From NCBI RefSeq assembly GCF_009834535.1, contig NC_045727.1, forward strand, positions 6,820,001-6,884,000: 64,000 bases of DNA, in the 5' to 3' direction. Origin of the DNA: Camelus ferus. Its lineage: Eukaryota. Position numbers and translations under genes: made by a program. The notes beneath the pieces were generated by a model. The model had not been told where the DNA came from, did not search any database, and was given only the letters and a program-made list of their open reading frames with translations. How positions within the stretch are numbered: the stretch's first letter is position 1; each line of letters opens with the position of its first letter. This document shows positions 50,423-61,842 of this stretch, piece by piece.

Positions 50423-50585
50423 CTGTAGGAAGAACAACAACAAAATCTTAGAGAAAATCACTTCAGATGCAACTTAACGTGTCAAAGTTATCGAAATGAC
50501 TTCACGAGTAACGTGTGAACAAAATAAAGCAGAAAACTGTAATCAAGCCTAAGCTTTCAAGTAAATAAAAAAAATCAAACTGTAC

Positions 50586-50647
50586 CTTATTTAACGTTCT
50601 CAGATCCTCCATGATCTGTTCATCTGTTAACAAATAGTTTAGCTGGG
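50586..50647 (-). CDS. SUDS3: SUDS3 exon 8 (62 nt): (A)QLNYLLTDEQIMEDLRTLNK, Sin3-interaction helix
   Basis: ctcaacac|CC CAG CTA AAC TAT ... AAT AAG|gtacag. AC acceptor and GT donor. Confidence 0.95.
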
Positions 50648-51614
50648 GTGTTGAGAGTTAAAGGAATGTGTTGGAAAAGGATGGCTTCGAAGCAAACAGA
50701 AATCAACAAAATGGTGTCAGCGTTTTAGAATCTACAAAGTAAGATTACGTTCAATGATGTTTCTACAGTTTGCCTCTTGGAACTTTTTGATCCTCCTACG
50801 AAATGTCGTGGAGTCAGTTACATAAAAGAATTCACACCCTACCCCTCTCCACCCCCGCCCCATCTTACAAATTTCTATGCTGAGAAGGTAAAATGAGAAA
50901 CAGTGAGAGCTCAGGACACTGTAAGGACCTCATCCTCCATTGATGAGATGCTTTTGTTCCAAAGATGGGGAGACTTCCATACACATGGGATTAACCTTGC
51001 CCAGCAATAGAAATTCTCAGTTGTGAAGATGAAGGGACCTGAAGTTACACCCTTTCCTGGGGGCAGACAAGTAACGAAATCATTCTGTACAAATGGCTAT
51101 TTATTATGCCCCCAAGAGGACAGAAACAACACTCCCCGATGTGTCCCCTTCCCATTCATTCCCATTTTTATGATTAAAGGGGCTTCTTGATGTCTGACTA
51201 CAATCTCATCTGCTTTAATTAAACCAGTTTGCAATCCACTGTTTTGGGGAAACTGCTAACTGAAGTTAAAAAAGGAGGCAGATATTACTGTTCTCATTTC
51301 ACAAGCGGAAAAATTCAGGCACATGGAATTCTCACTTACCCCCAAATCTCCAAGTGAGTGTTCAAACCAGCACAAGGTACCTTTCCAAATAACTGCTCTC
51401 TATATTAATCCCTCCTACTCAAAACAGTAACGACTAAGGATTCCAATTATAAAATGGCCATCCTCTATCTCATGGATAAATACATACGCTTTCCAACCAA
51501 GTATGACAATTTCTGTAGGACAATGACCATGTATATAGTCCACCAAATGGAAAAGCAAAGGATTCAATACTCTCAAGGAAAAAAAAGTGACTAAGGCTCG
51601 ATGCAGATGGATAT
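50648..51614 (-). other. SUDS3: SUDS3 intron 7, U12-type (minor spliceosome) AT-AC intron, 967 nt
   Basis: 5' end ATATCCATCT; branch site TTCCTTTAAC at 50666-50657; 3' end TCTCAACAC. Among the boundaries I examined, only these join ...KPAP to AQLNY... in frame. Confidence 0.93.
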
Positions 51615-51710
51615 CAGGTGCAGGTTTTCTCCTCTTGTCTGGGATGGGGACGGGGTCATTCGGTCGCCTCCGCAACTTTCTGGTCATGATGGGTTTCACT
51701 TCCATTGAAT
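51615..51710 (-). CDS. SUDS3: SUDS3 exon 7 (96 nt): (D)[31 protein letters not shown]
   Basis: gccacag|AT TCA ATG ... GCA CCT G|atatccat. U2-type acceptor and U12 AT donor. The peptide is visible in ORF 51415..51744. Confidence 0.95.
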
Positions 51711-52329
51711 CTGTGGCAAAAATAGAATGGGTAAGTCTATCCAACTCCCACCTGAAGTCAGTAGGAATTCCTGTAGTGTTAGAACGTCAGCCCCAGAGCC
51801 ACCCAGCCAGAACTGTTTTACTGGGGACGTGTGGTCCACACAGGGCCCATGTCAGACACCCGTATCAGACTGGAGGGGCAGAGGGGCCTGTGCTCAGGAG
51901 ACTCACACCGGCTGATCGAAGCGCACGTGCCTCTCAGAAACACAGCCCCGCCCTGCAGCCTCCCACCGCAGCCACGCCGGCATCTCCCCGGCTCCCTGGA
52001 AACGAGGCATTCTCCTCCTCCCTCAAATCAAGAGGCCACAGAGCAGGGGGCTCTTGGGATTGGAAGGAGCCTTTGGATCATCTCAGTTGGTTAATTCCTG
52101 CTGTCCCCACAGACGGTGGGTGAATAAAACCCACTGGCATAAAAGGCTCTTTGAGAGGCCACTGGCTTCAGTCCCAGCATTTTCACATGGGCTCTTCATC
52201 TACAAACCTGGACTGCCCCTTTATTTTATTTTATAACCTTTTGTAGCTACTTAACTATCAAGAATGATACAGTGAAGACTCTTAATAAAGGCCTCTCTTC
52301 ATCCTCCTTGACACCTCTGTACAGTCTGA

Positions 52330-53100
52330 CGCTGCTGCCAACTACCCTTGCCTCCAAATCTCTCCTCCTCCAGCCACTTCCAGTCTCTCCTCCCCTGATT
52401 TGCCTCCTTGGGGTCCCTCTTGGTGGCCTGTTCCTTAATTGCTGGTGATCTCTGGGGTCCAGTCAGTTCTCAGCCCGTATCCCAGTGAATCTCCCATCAC
52501 CAATTCCGGCCCTGCCCACCCTGCTGAATGGCAGCCTGAACCCCATGACTCCACACGCTCTTCTCCAGGTTCCGTGAACTCACTTCTTCCTTGTCTCACC
52601 CGGCTCCTGTGTCTCAGGGTATCACATCCACACATCCTTCCCAGCTAGAGCAAACTGTCATCTGTGACTTGTCTTTCTTCACTCACACATCAAATTCAAC
52701 AGACAACGGCAGTTCTGCCTTTTACCCACCTTTCAACTCCATCCCTTTCTCCAACCCTCGCCGCCCTCAAGAGATCCTCCTCCCAGGACACCAATCATTC
52801 AGCACATCACTCTCCTCATTAAACACTTCAGTGGCTCGCCACCTGGTACAGGACAAAGGCCAAGTCTCGTTTCTGGTCTTCCACCCGCTGTCTTTCCACA
52901 CACAAAGCCTGTGTGTGAGCTCTGAGCTGTTCTGTTACCCGAAGGCCCCCTACTTCTTACGCCTTCAAGCCTCTGTATGCTGTCCTCTCTGCCAAGTGTG
53001 CTCTTTTCTGCCTGGCAAACTCCTACGTGACATCCTTTGAGAGCCAGCTCAACATTTCCCCTTCTGTGACGCCTTCCACGGAGTCACACTATCTTCCCAC
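52330..53100 (+). mobile_element. L2 remnant in intron 6
   Basis: ctctcctcctccagccac, cagttctcagccc, aaacacttcagtggctc and caggacaaaggccaagtc motifs. Confidence 0.65.
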
Positions 53101-54640
53101 TAACTAGAGCATCTGTACAAATCTCTACCACCGAGCACCGCAGAGCCTTACAGCACGGTCCCTATGGATAGAGGCCTGGTTACATCAAGTAACCACAATT
53201 AACATACAATCACGGTTTACTGGTGCTTTTTTGTTCTGCACTTCTCAAGGCCAAGTCATTCCTCCAAGGGCCCACCTGCCTACTATGCACAACTGCAGTA
53301 AAAGCTGCATTGTAACGTACTTTCACCATGAAAATAAACTCATACTTGTTCAGCTATTGAAAAGAAATGAGTTTTCATTCAAAGGAGCATCCTTTTAAGA
53401 GAATGTGACAGAAAAGCTACCGCAGAGTCAACACTGTAGCAAATCAGCAATTATCCCCAAGCCCGGGGCAGCGGACCCGGGGCCAGACTGCAGGCCCCGA
53501 GCAAACCCCCGCAAGCTGCCCTCCAACAGTGACTGCCAGTGGCCACCTGGCAAGATAAAAATCAAGGTCAGGTCTTTGGTGGCCAAACCTGGGTAGGAAG
53601 GAAGGGACCAATCTCCATTAGGCCAAAGTTGCCCATAATGCGGGGATGGCACTTCAAGAGTGAAGCCAATCAAGCCCTTCTCTGGGCCCTCAATCCCATT
53701 AAAGAGCCTGGATTCCACATGGCAGCGTCAGGAAAGAACGTCTTGGGGACAAGCCCATTCCACCCAAAAGCCAGGTTCCACCTTCCATCCTCCCCACTCC
53801 AAGATGTGTGTGGGAGCCCCTCTCCTCGCCTTGACTGTCAAGGTTCCCTGTGCACGGGCACGCTTACATATTGTGTGACCCTGCTCCCGTATCACTACAA
53901 ACACATGTACCGTTTAAAGTTTACAGTCAGTAAAAACAAGCCTGACACACCTTTACCTTCATTTAGGAGTCCTCTCTATCAAAACTGACATGGAAACCAT
54001 GTCAGTCTTAATAACTGCCAGAACATAAGCTCCTTGAGGACACAGACCTCACCTCCCAGACTCACTCTGTGAACCACTAAGACCATACAAGTCCATGGTA
54101 TTTGTGCAGAATCGGTATAATGTGGTGCATAAGAAAACATGCCTGAAGTCAGGTTCTGGCTGAAGCACTACTTCACTGGGGCACTATGAGCAGATGGCTC
54201 CAACCCTGCACACCCGTTTGCCAAGTCAGGTCAAAGGGAGTTGCAGGAACTAAATGAGGTTCCCACTTCCCAGTCCTTTAGTCCCACTCTGTGCCAGCCA
54301 CTCTCTGAAGCCCTTTATGGGTATTATCCCATCTCATCTCTACACCAAACCTCCCCAGTGGGTTCCATCATCTCCTTGCCAAATGAGAAAACCCCGTCCC
54401 CAAACCAAGTTCATGGCAGGGCCGGGATTCACCCACATCTGTCAGCCTTCAGCGGCACCTCTGTTATTTTTATATAATACTTGGCTCGATGTAAGTACTC
54501 AGACTTTCTATTTTGATATCATAACTACTCATAGCTCCTGATATGAATTCAGTATCTTCTAAAGGAAACTCACAGGCTTGAATAGCTTCCACAGGTTGGA
54601 GGAACTTACAAAAGATGGAGGGAGGGAGAGAGGAAGGCAC

Positions 54641-54641
54641 G

Positions 54642-54673
<32 letters not shown>

Positions 54674-54675
54674 CA
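54641..54675. repeat. (GGCA)n microsatellite
   Basis: gcaggcaggcaggc... Confidence 0.9.
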
Positions 54676-54874
54676 AGAACTTACGAAAGATGAAGTGGCA
54701 GTTAGTGGGCTGTTGGCAGAGAGGAGAAAAGGCAGCTGGCCTCAGACAGGAAGAGGACAAATCAATTAAAATGATAAAGCTCCCCACGTGTGAAAGCTCA
54801 CATTCCCGTTGATTATCTGACTTACTTACAACCTTGGCCTCAACTGCAGAGAAAACTCACATTCAAGGAATTCT

Positions 54875-54932
54875 ACCTATAACCTATAACCTACGACCTA
54901 TGACCTATGACCTATGAGGTTACCTATAACCT
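54875..54932. repeat. 7-bp tandem repeat (ACCTATR)n
   Basis: acctata acctata acctacg acctatg acctatg acctatg ... acctata. Confidence 0.85.
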
Positions 54933-54934
54933 CA

Positions 54935-55100
54935 CTACTTCAAGTGTGGTCTGACCAACAACGTCAGCAGCCCCTGAAAGTGGTAAGAAACGCAAGATCA
55001 TGGGCTCCATCCCAGGCCCCCTGAACTAGAATCTGCATCTTATCAAGACCCCTTCTCTCCAAACAACTCACATACACATTCATGGTAGGGGATCACTGAC
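54935..55100. mobile_element. MER5A (hAT-Charlie)
   Basis: tacttcaagtgtggtc...gtaagaaacgcaagatcatgggctccatcccagg...agaatctgcatcttatcaag. Confidence 0.75.
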
Positions 55101-57346
55101 CTATAACCCACGCCAGCTGCTTCACTGACAGTGCACCTTTCACCTGCACAACCCAGCCGTCCCAAGTTCTCCACCAGCGACTCAGGAGGTAAAGAGAACT
55201 TCCCACCAATGCCCACGGCGGTCTGGAAAGGCTTAAGCCCTGTTTGGACGGAGCAGGTCACTGGGTACACTTGTGTCCAGCGGATTACTGGGCTGAAGCT
55301 TCTCAACGGCCTCTTACTCTGCTTTGTTTTTCAAGAGCTCTTCATGTTGAACCAGAAAAGATTTTAAGAAGTATCTTTTCTGAGAAGAGCTCGGCAGTAC
55401 TGACATTGGGCATCAACCCACAGAGGTGAAATAAGTCACTCAATGAGAGGAATGAGAGCGGGCCTTTAAGCCAACACCAGAGCAGCACCATCTGTGGAGA
55501 TGCTCATTATCCTTCTAGCTCCAGTGCCTTCTCTTTCAACACTATCACTACCTTGGCAGCGCTTTCCATACCAAGGGTACCAAACGGCCTGAACAAGGAC
55601 ATCGGTACCTTTAATGCCCACAGTTGGCTTTAAGCACTTCTGTAATCTATTTTACTGTGTCACAAATGAGTTCCCTGCATTTATTTGTCTTTTCTACCCT
55701 GGCAGGCTCGGCCTTTCAAGTCACTGAGGATGCCTCCTGTCCCCGTTAAGGTCCTGGCTGTAAACCTGCCTGGCCAAACAATGCGCATCGCTTGTCAATC
55801 ATCAGGATGCCAAGTCGTAGGTGAGGTGATAATAGCCTTCCCTGCAGATGGAAAGGGAGCGGCTGTAAACTGACAATCTCTCCCACCGGCCTAATGCAGG
55901 CTCCTGAGCATCTGGTGGCTCCAGCAGAGAGCGATGAGGCATTGGTGCTGGCCAGGGCCGCCTCAGAGAAGATGGTTGTGCAGGTCAGAAAACAGGCAGG
56001 CAGACTGGCACCGGACAAGGAACCACAGTGCTTGCAGTTTAATTAAAAAAGCATTTCAACAAGAACAAGACAGAGCTGTTCTCAAGCTGTTATCTCAGCA
56101 TCCATTCTCACCAAAGCACATTTCTGAGCTGCTGTCAGCGGTCTTCAAGGAATTAATTCCTTTTGCCAAGTCTTTCAATTAGGAAGCTAGCGGAGGAGAG
56201 ATTTTTCAAGAGTTAGACTCCCCACTTTAGACACAACCCCATTCTCATCAGTGTATCAATGGGGACTGGGGCTAGAAGTCTGTGTCTATCGGAGGGCCAC
56301 ATTAGGTCACAGCAATGGAAACACAGAAGGGAAAAGACAGCTCTTAACTGTCACTTTTAGTTTCAAAGTCAGCCCTGAGGACTTACATAACAACGTCCTT
56401 TCTTAAGGACCCCTACAAAATTCAGACATGCCAGAACCCCAGGACCTCCTGAACATGATTCTAAGAGTTAAATCTGGGGGTGTGCAGAAGGCATGCCACT
56501 TATGTATCCAAGTGACAAGCTCACCACTGACATGCCCTGCTGGTATTTGCTGATGGCAGTTTTGCCAAGCTCTAAAGTTGCTAGTTCAAGCCAACACCCA
56601 CCTGTATCTTTCTAGGAGTCAGTGGACTACATACGGCAACACAAGAGTCAGCCCAGATTACTTCTTCCCTAACCTCGCCTACAACCTGCCGGGTTCCACA
56701 TGCAGACTGAATCTTAGAAGGCCAGGGAGGGACTGGCTCTGAGTCCAATGTAACTTTACTGCCTCTACAGAACAGTTCAGTTGGGTTTTCCTTCTGAAAC
56801 TGTACCAACTCTTTCTGAAACATTCACAGTAACACCTGGGGCAAAGGGATCTAATAGTACAGATGATATAGCCAAAGCCTCCGTTCAGGTCAAAGGAAGA
56901 CAATGCCTTTTCCGTAATGAAAGCAGACTGGAAAAAAAAAAAAAACAAGGTGGAGGGATTCTCACCACCACAGAGGGACTTGGGCAAGTAATTCATGACT
57001 ATAAACCAGGAATTACATGAAATAAAACGTCACTATTAAAGGTCTACCATTTACCGAACACCTGTTATATACAGGGCCCTGTACTAGGCACTCGCATTTC
57101 TACCATCTTGTGAGATAAGGAATGATCAGCCCCACTTTATGGGGGGGAACAGGCTCAGAGAGGTTAAGCGGTTGACTAAAATCACACAGCCAGTATGAGA
57201 CGGAGCTAGAACTCTGGTCACCCAAAGCCCACTTCCCTTTCAGATTCCTCTGCTCTGATGAGGAACCGAGATGTAAGACAGAGGGTCACTGGAGTGCCCC
57301 CACCCCCGCAGGTCTCCCAGAATCCTGCTCCCTGCCGCTTTCATAC

Positions 57347-57503
57347 CTCCGGTCAGCTCCATCGTGAGCTTTTCATTTTCGATCATTTTCTTCTTTTCTT
57401 CTAGCTCAGCAATCAGGTTCTCTTTCAGCTCCACCTTCTTGTCTTCAAATTCTTTCACCGCGGCCTTCTTTTCTTTGATGTAATTTCTTTCCACTTGCTC
57501 AGT
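57347..57503 (-). CDS. SUDS3: SUDS3 exon 6 (157 nt): [52 protein letters not shown]
   Basis: ttttactcag|ACT GAG CAA ... ACC GGA G|gtatga. The peptide is visible in ORF 57240..57494. Confidence 0.97.
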
Positions 57504-58732
57504 CTGAGTAAAAGAGGAACACAGGCTGGGGTGACATGACCCAGCAGCAGGGCTCCAACTCCAAGCCTGGCTCTACGCTCAAGTGCAAAGAAAATACCTT
57601 TACTAGAAATAAGAGAAAGAGCTACCCTTGCACGTCGACTTGCGGTAACAAGGTGTCTGGGAGCAAGTTCTCCAACGAACACATGAAATGGAATCGCTCA
57701 ACTTCTTGTTTTTACATATATACCTCACTTGCTAAGCAGACACCTCCTCTTTTCCATATCTGATATTTTACTGTTTGTATGTGAAAATAGAACATAAGTT
57801 TCTCAAAAGTAGTAAACAAAGGAAGGACACAATTCCAAAGGAAGATAGTACATTCCAGATGAAATATCTACATTCGAAACTCGTTACAAGATACCGAGTC
57901 GAGACAGCATGAGTTACTACATTCTTTGATGCTTATAGTAAGATAAAGACGAACTAGAGCACAAGATCACTTATTAGGTGCCTGAACCCCGAGGTGAAAT
58001 TACACTGAAATCATACTACGAAAGAAATGCACAAGCATCCATTTTCTCAATCTCACTGCCACATGAAGTGAGGAGTAAGAGGGCTCATAAGGGGCTGTGG
58101 CTGTGGATCATGTGACCCTTCAGGCTGTGACCATGTGGCTATGCTGACTTTAGTCCTAAAATGGTTTTTCCAATAACATGGCTCTGATAAAACTCATGAC
58201 CCACCCCCAAACTCAAACACACACACACACAAGCCACGAGCGCATCATCCAAGATCCTGGCCCTAATCTCCACACTGCAGCGCTGTGCCTCACACAGAAT
58301 CAGCACTCAGAAGTCTGATGAATGAATGGTTTTAAAACCGTCTTTCCTATGGACCCAGAGTTTCAGATGTAAAACAGCGAATTCAGTCACTGGGCTGCTC
58401 TGAGGACCGATATAACAAATTACCAGGCCATTGTAATTCAGACACCCTCCTAAATGGCTTTAACGTGAGATAAAAGTCAACAAGAAAGCAGTGAGGGGGG
58501 AGTATCCCCCAGTCCCCTGTGATAAGCAGAGGCTACCCATCCAACAAATGAATAGATGGAATTGCTGAGCTGAGACCAAATGGCCTTCTGTCAAACAGAA
58601 CAGTGGTAGAAGCTTCTAGCAGGGGGATTCCCCACTATCTATTTGGTGATGGAAGCAAAGGCCCCTGGATTGGGAGAGCAAGATTCCAGTCTCTGAAAGA
58701 GCCTGCAAATCCCGAAGATCCGTGGTACTTAC

Positions 58733-58752
58733 TTCCAGCTGGAGGAAGAGTT
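58733..58752 (-). CDS. SUDS3: SUDS3 exon 5, 20-nt microexon: (E)LFLQLE
   Basis: tctctttcag|AACTCTTCCTCCAGCTGGAA|gtaagt. Canonical sites; this exon is required to keep the frame between exons 4 and 6. Confidence 0.95.
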
Positions 58753-60412
58753 CTGAAAGAGATAAAATATGCAATTAGATTCACTAGGCTGGGTCACCTT
58801 TCTATACAGTGATGTTAAGATTCATTCAGAGGCAGTAATTGCTTTCTGAAAGCACAGTTACCCAGAGCAAATGTTTCCATCAGTAGAGTGTTGATATACA
58901 CGAAGGGGAAGCATGCAAGAAGTGCGCTATCTGGTTACAATCTGGCCCTGAATGGAGTCAGCTTTGGCAATTCTGTCCAGGGGACCAGCAGCAGGAAGCA
59001 AACCACCTTGGCAAAATAAAAGTAGGAGCAATCCCTTCCTCCACTCAGTACATGCCTTCCAACGGTCCTACGGGCACGATGGGTCAGGAAGAAACAAAGC
59101 GATTACTCCAGAAGCAGAGGCCACGTGGATGTTTTTAAAGCCCTGTGCACAGGGTTCTGTGTGGTAAGGAGGGACACTCCCTGAGAATCCAGAAAGCAGA
59201 GGTTCTGAGCCTCCACTCACACCAGGCCTCCACCCACAACGCCCTCCAGGCTCTGACGGCAACTTCAAGTTTCAGATCTACTGCAGCCTCCTCTGTGAAG
59301 CCTTTCCTGAGGACCCTTCGCTCACCAAGCCCCTCTCAGACAGCTGAAGTCTCCACTCAACAGTATTCACCAGCTTACTGAGCACCCCGTGTGCCAGGCG
59401 ATCAGTGGCAGTTTACCCAGCACCAACTCCCAGCTAGACTCTAAGCCCCTCTACAAACCCAGTACGTGAACAAAACAGGTTTATGGCTTCTAATCTTTTC
59501 CGGGTGACAGTGGAGCTGAATGTTGGTGGACCAACAATGCCAAGGGCACTGTTCCCATTTTACCACGGTCGCTTTTGCAAGCCTAATAAATCCTATGCAT
59601 CCACTCCCCCATAAAAAAGCACATACGCACATTCACATGTAAAATTTTGAGTTTCAGAAACTCAAGATGAAGAAACCAATCGTCAATCAAGAGCTGTCGG
59701 ATGAGAAAATCACCCGAGGAAAGTGACCAGCCACTTGCTATTTTCTACCCCTGGATGCCCCCATCACTCTGGCCCTGGGAAGCACGGGACACATGAGCCC
59801 CAGCACATCCGACCCAACACACTCACTGCTACGCGGGCCTCAGACCTCCACCTGCGTAAACGGGCCAGACACCTGGAGTCTGCACCATTCTGAGAGATCA
59901 CGCCTGCGCCAACAAGTCAAGTGACAGCACTCAGAGCTGGTGGTGTTTATTTTAAAGCAGCCAGACACCAGACACAACAAAAGCAGGCAGATTATCTCTG
60001 CACGAAACATGCTTTTTAAAGCTCAAGATGTGACTGATTCAGGAGCCCTTATGCATATTTACCCAGGGGTGGGGGGGGGGTGATGTTTGTGAAAGAACAC
60101 CTGAGGACAGGACTGAGAGTAAAGAAAAACAGTAACACTCAGCCTGTAGTTCTTGTTTAAGAAAAATGACATGAATTTTCAATCCTTATTTACATCTTAC
60201 ACCAATCCCATGAAATATGAGTATTCCCCTCTACAGATTGGGAAACTGAGGCTCCAAAAGCAAATACCTGCTTACAGGTATAAGATATTAAGAGATGAGG
60301 AAGCCCTCAACCTAGGACCTCAGCATCCACAGCACCACCTCCTTTCCCTGCTTAAAGGGAACTCCGGGAAGAGGGCTGAGGATTTCAAAGCTGTCCCGAG
60401 GAGATGCCTCAG

Positions 60413-60825
60413 TGTAGCCCCCCGACTGTGGGAACAAAGGAACGAGCCTTGGGCCAGAATGGTAAACAAGGTATAAAAAGCTGCAGACTCAGAGGTGAGA
60501 AGGCTGGTTCGCCAATGACGGGTAAGATCCCCAGAGGGGGGCAACCTAAGACAGGCACAGCCGCCTGAGTCCAAGAAGAATGTTGTTAAGCAGCTGTTTC
60601 TCATACGTTCCGCCCTGATAAGCTATAAGGCTCGCTGGTGCCAAGATGAACATGTTTTACCAAAACATAAAGGGTCTTCTGACCTTGAGCCAGACACTGC
60701 CTGTTAACCATTTCCCTTAACATTCTTTGCTATGTAAGACTATGTAACTTAATAAAGCTTTAGAGTAGCCATCAGTGCTCTCTGCATACGGTGTGTATGT
60801 GTACATTGACATTGCGACACCAACA
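60413..60825 (+). mobile_element. Young-looking ERV solo LTR (413 bp), antisense to SUDS3
   Basis: TG...CA termini, perfect 5-bp TSD ctcag (60408-60412, 60826-60830), AATAAA at 60751, TATA-like motifs at 60472 and 60624. Confidence 0.8.
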
Positions 60826-61842
60826 CTCAGGAACTCAGAGTGGGGGCCTGGGATGGGGGGAGGGGTGAACCACAGCAGCTCCATCTCCTGTTTTCCCTGC
60901 ACCCCCACGGCCTACAGCTCCTTTTCTGCATGTTGTTGGACACGGACATCTACTCACTGGGGAGGAGAAAGAAGGGTTCCATCCACAGAAAGTTGGAAAG
61001 TCAATGGATCAGAAAGCGAGAGGACAGGGGCCTGGGGAGTGGCAGCCCAACATTCATGTCACCACTGCAGGAACAAGCACCACACTTGCGCTGAAAGTGC
61101 TGGCCAGCAAAGAACTTCAAAATGTACCACTTACAGAAGACTTCCTGTCAGTGCCTCAATCTGTCTACACATTTTATTTCAACAGTCATGGCATCTTACT
61201 TTTTGAATGAGTCTCTAACTCATAAGGTTCCTTAACTTGACATGTGTGGATATCTTTTGTCAATGAAACACCAAGCTTCCTGAAGTCAAGCGTTACTTTA
61301 CAACGCTCAGAGTGGGGATGGAGCAGATGCTCAACACATTTTGCCGAATGAATACACTTACTGTGTACAACAGACCAAAAGCACACTGTTTTTCTCTAAA
61401 TGCTTATAATACAACACTTAAGGGGAAAACCATGAAGATCCCTTTTCTTCCCAGAGCACAGGACACCAGAAGCAGCAAACTCAAAACAGGAGTGAGACAG
61501 CCAACAATCCTTTCCCAAGTCAGCTTCCCCGATTGTCCACTAAACCAGCTATGCAGATCCAAGAAAAAGCGTGCGAGACTGCTGCGGGGGCACCAGGGAG
61601 CAGAGCCCGACTACAGGGAGCCCCACTAACAATCTCCACTCCAGGCCATTTGTTGGCAATAAAGATGAACAGTTGCACAAGACTGCGGCTTTGGGGTCTC
61701 TCCTTCCCAAAACTCACCCCCGCAATGGGACATTTCAGAAACATACTGGAGGATGGCTCTCATGGCCACAGTACATCGAAATCGATGATCAGTAAGAGGG
61801 CAATTGGAAGAGGATTTGTTTACTGGTAAGATAGAGCCTTGT

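Noticed and set aside
51587-52123. 178-aa + strand ORF antisense to exon 7
   Set aside because: No recognisable domain, weak start context and no supporting gene structure; likely a chance ORF.
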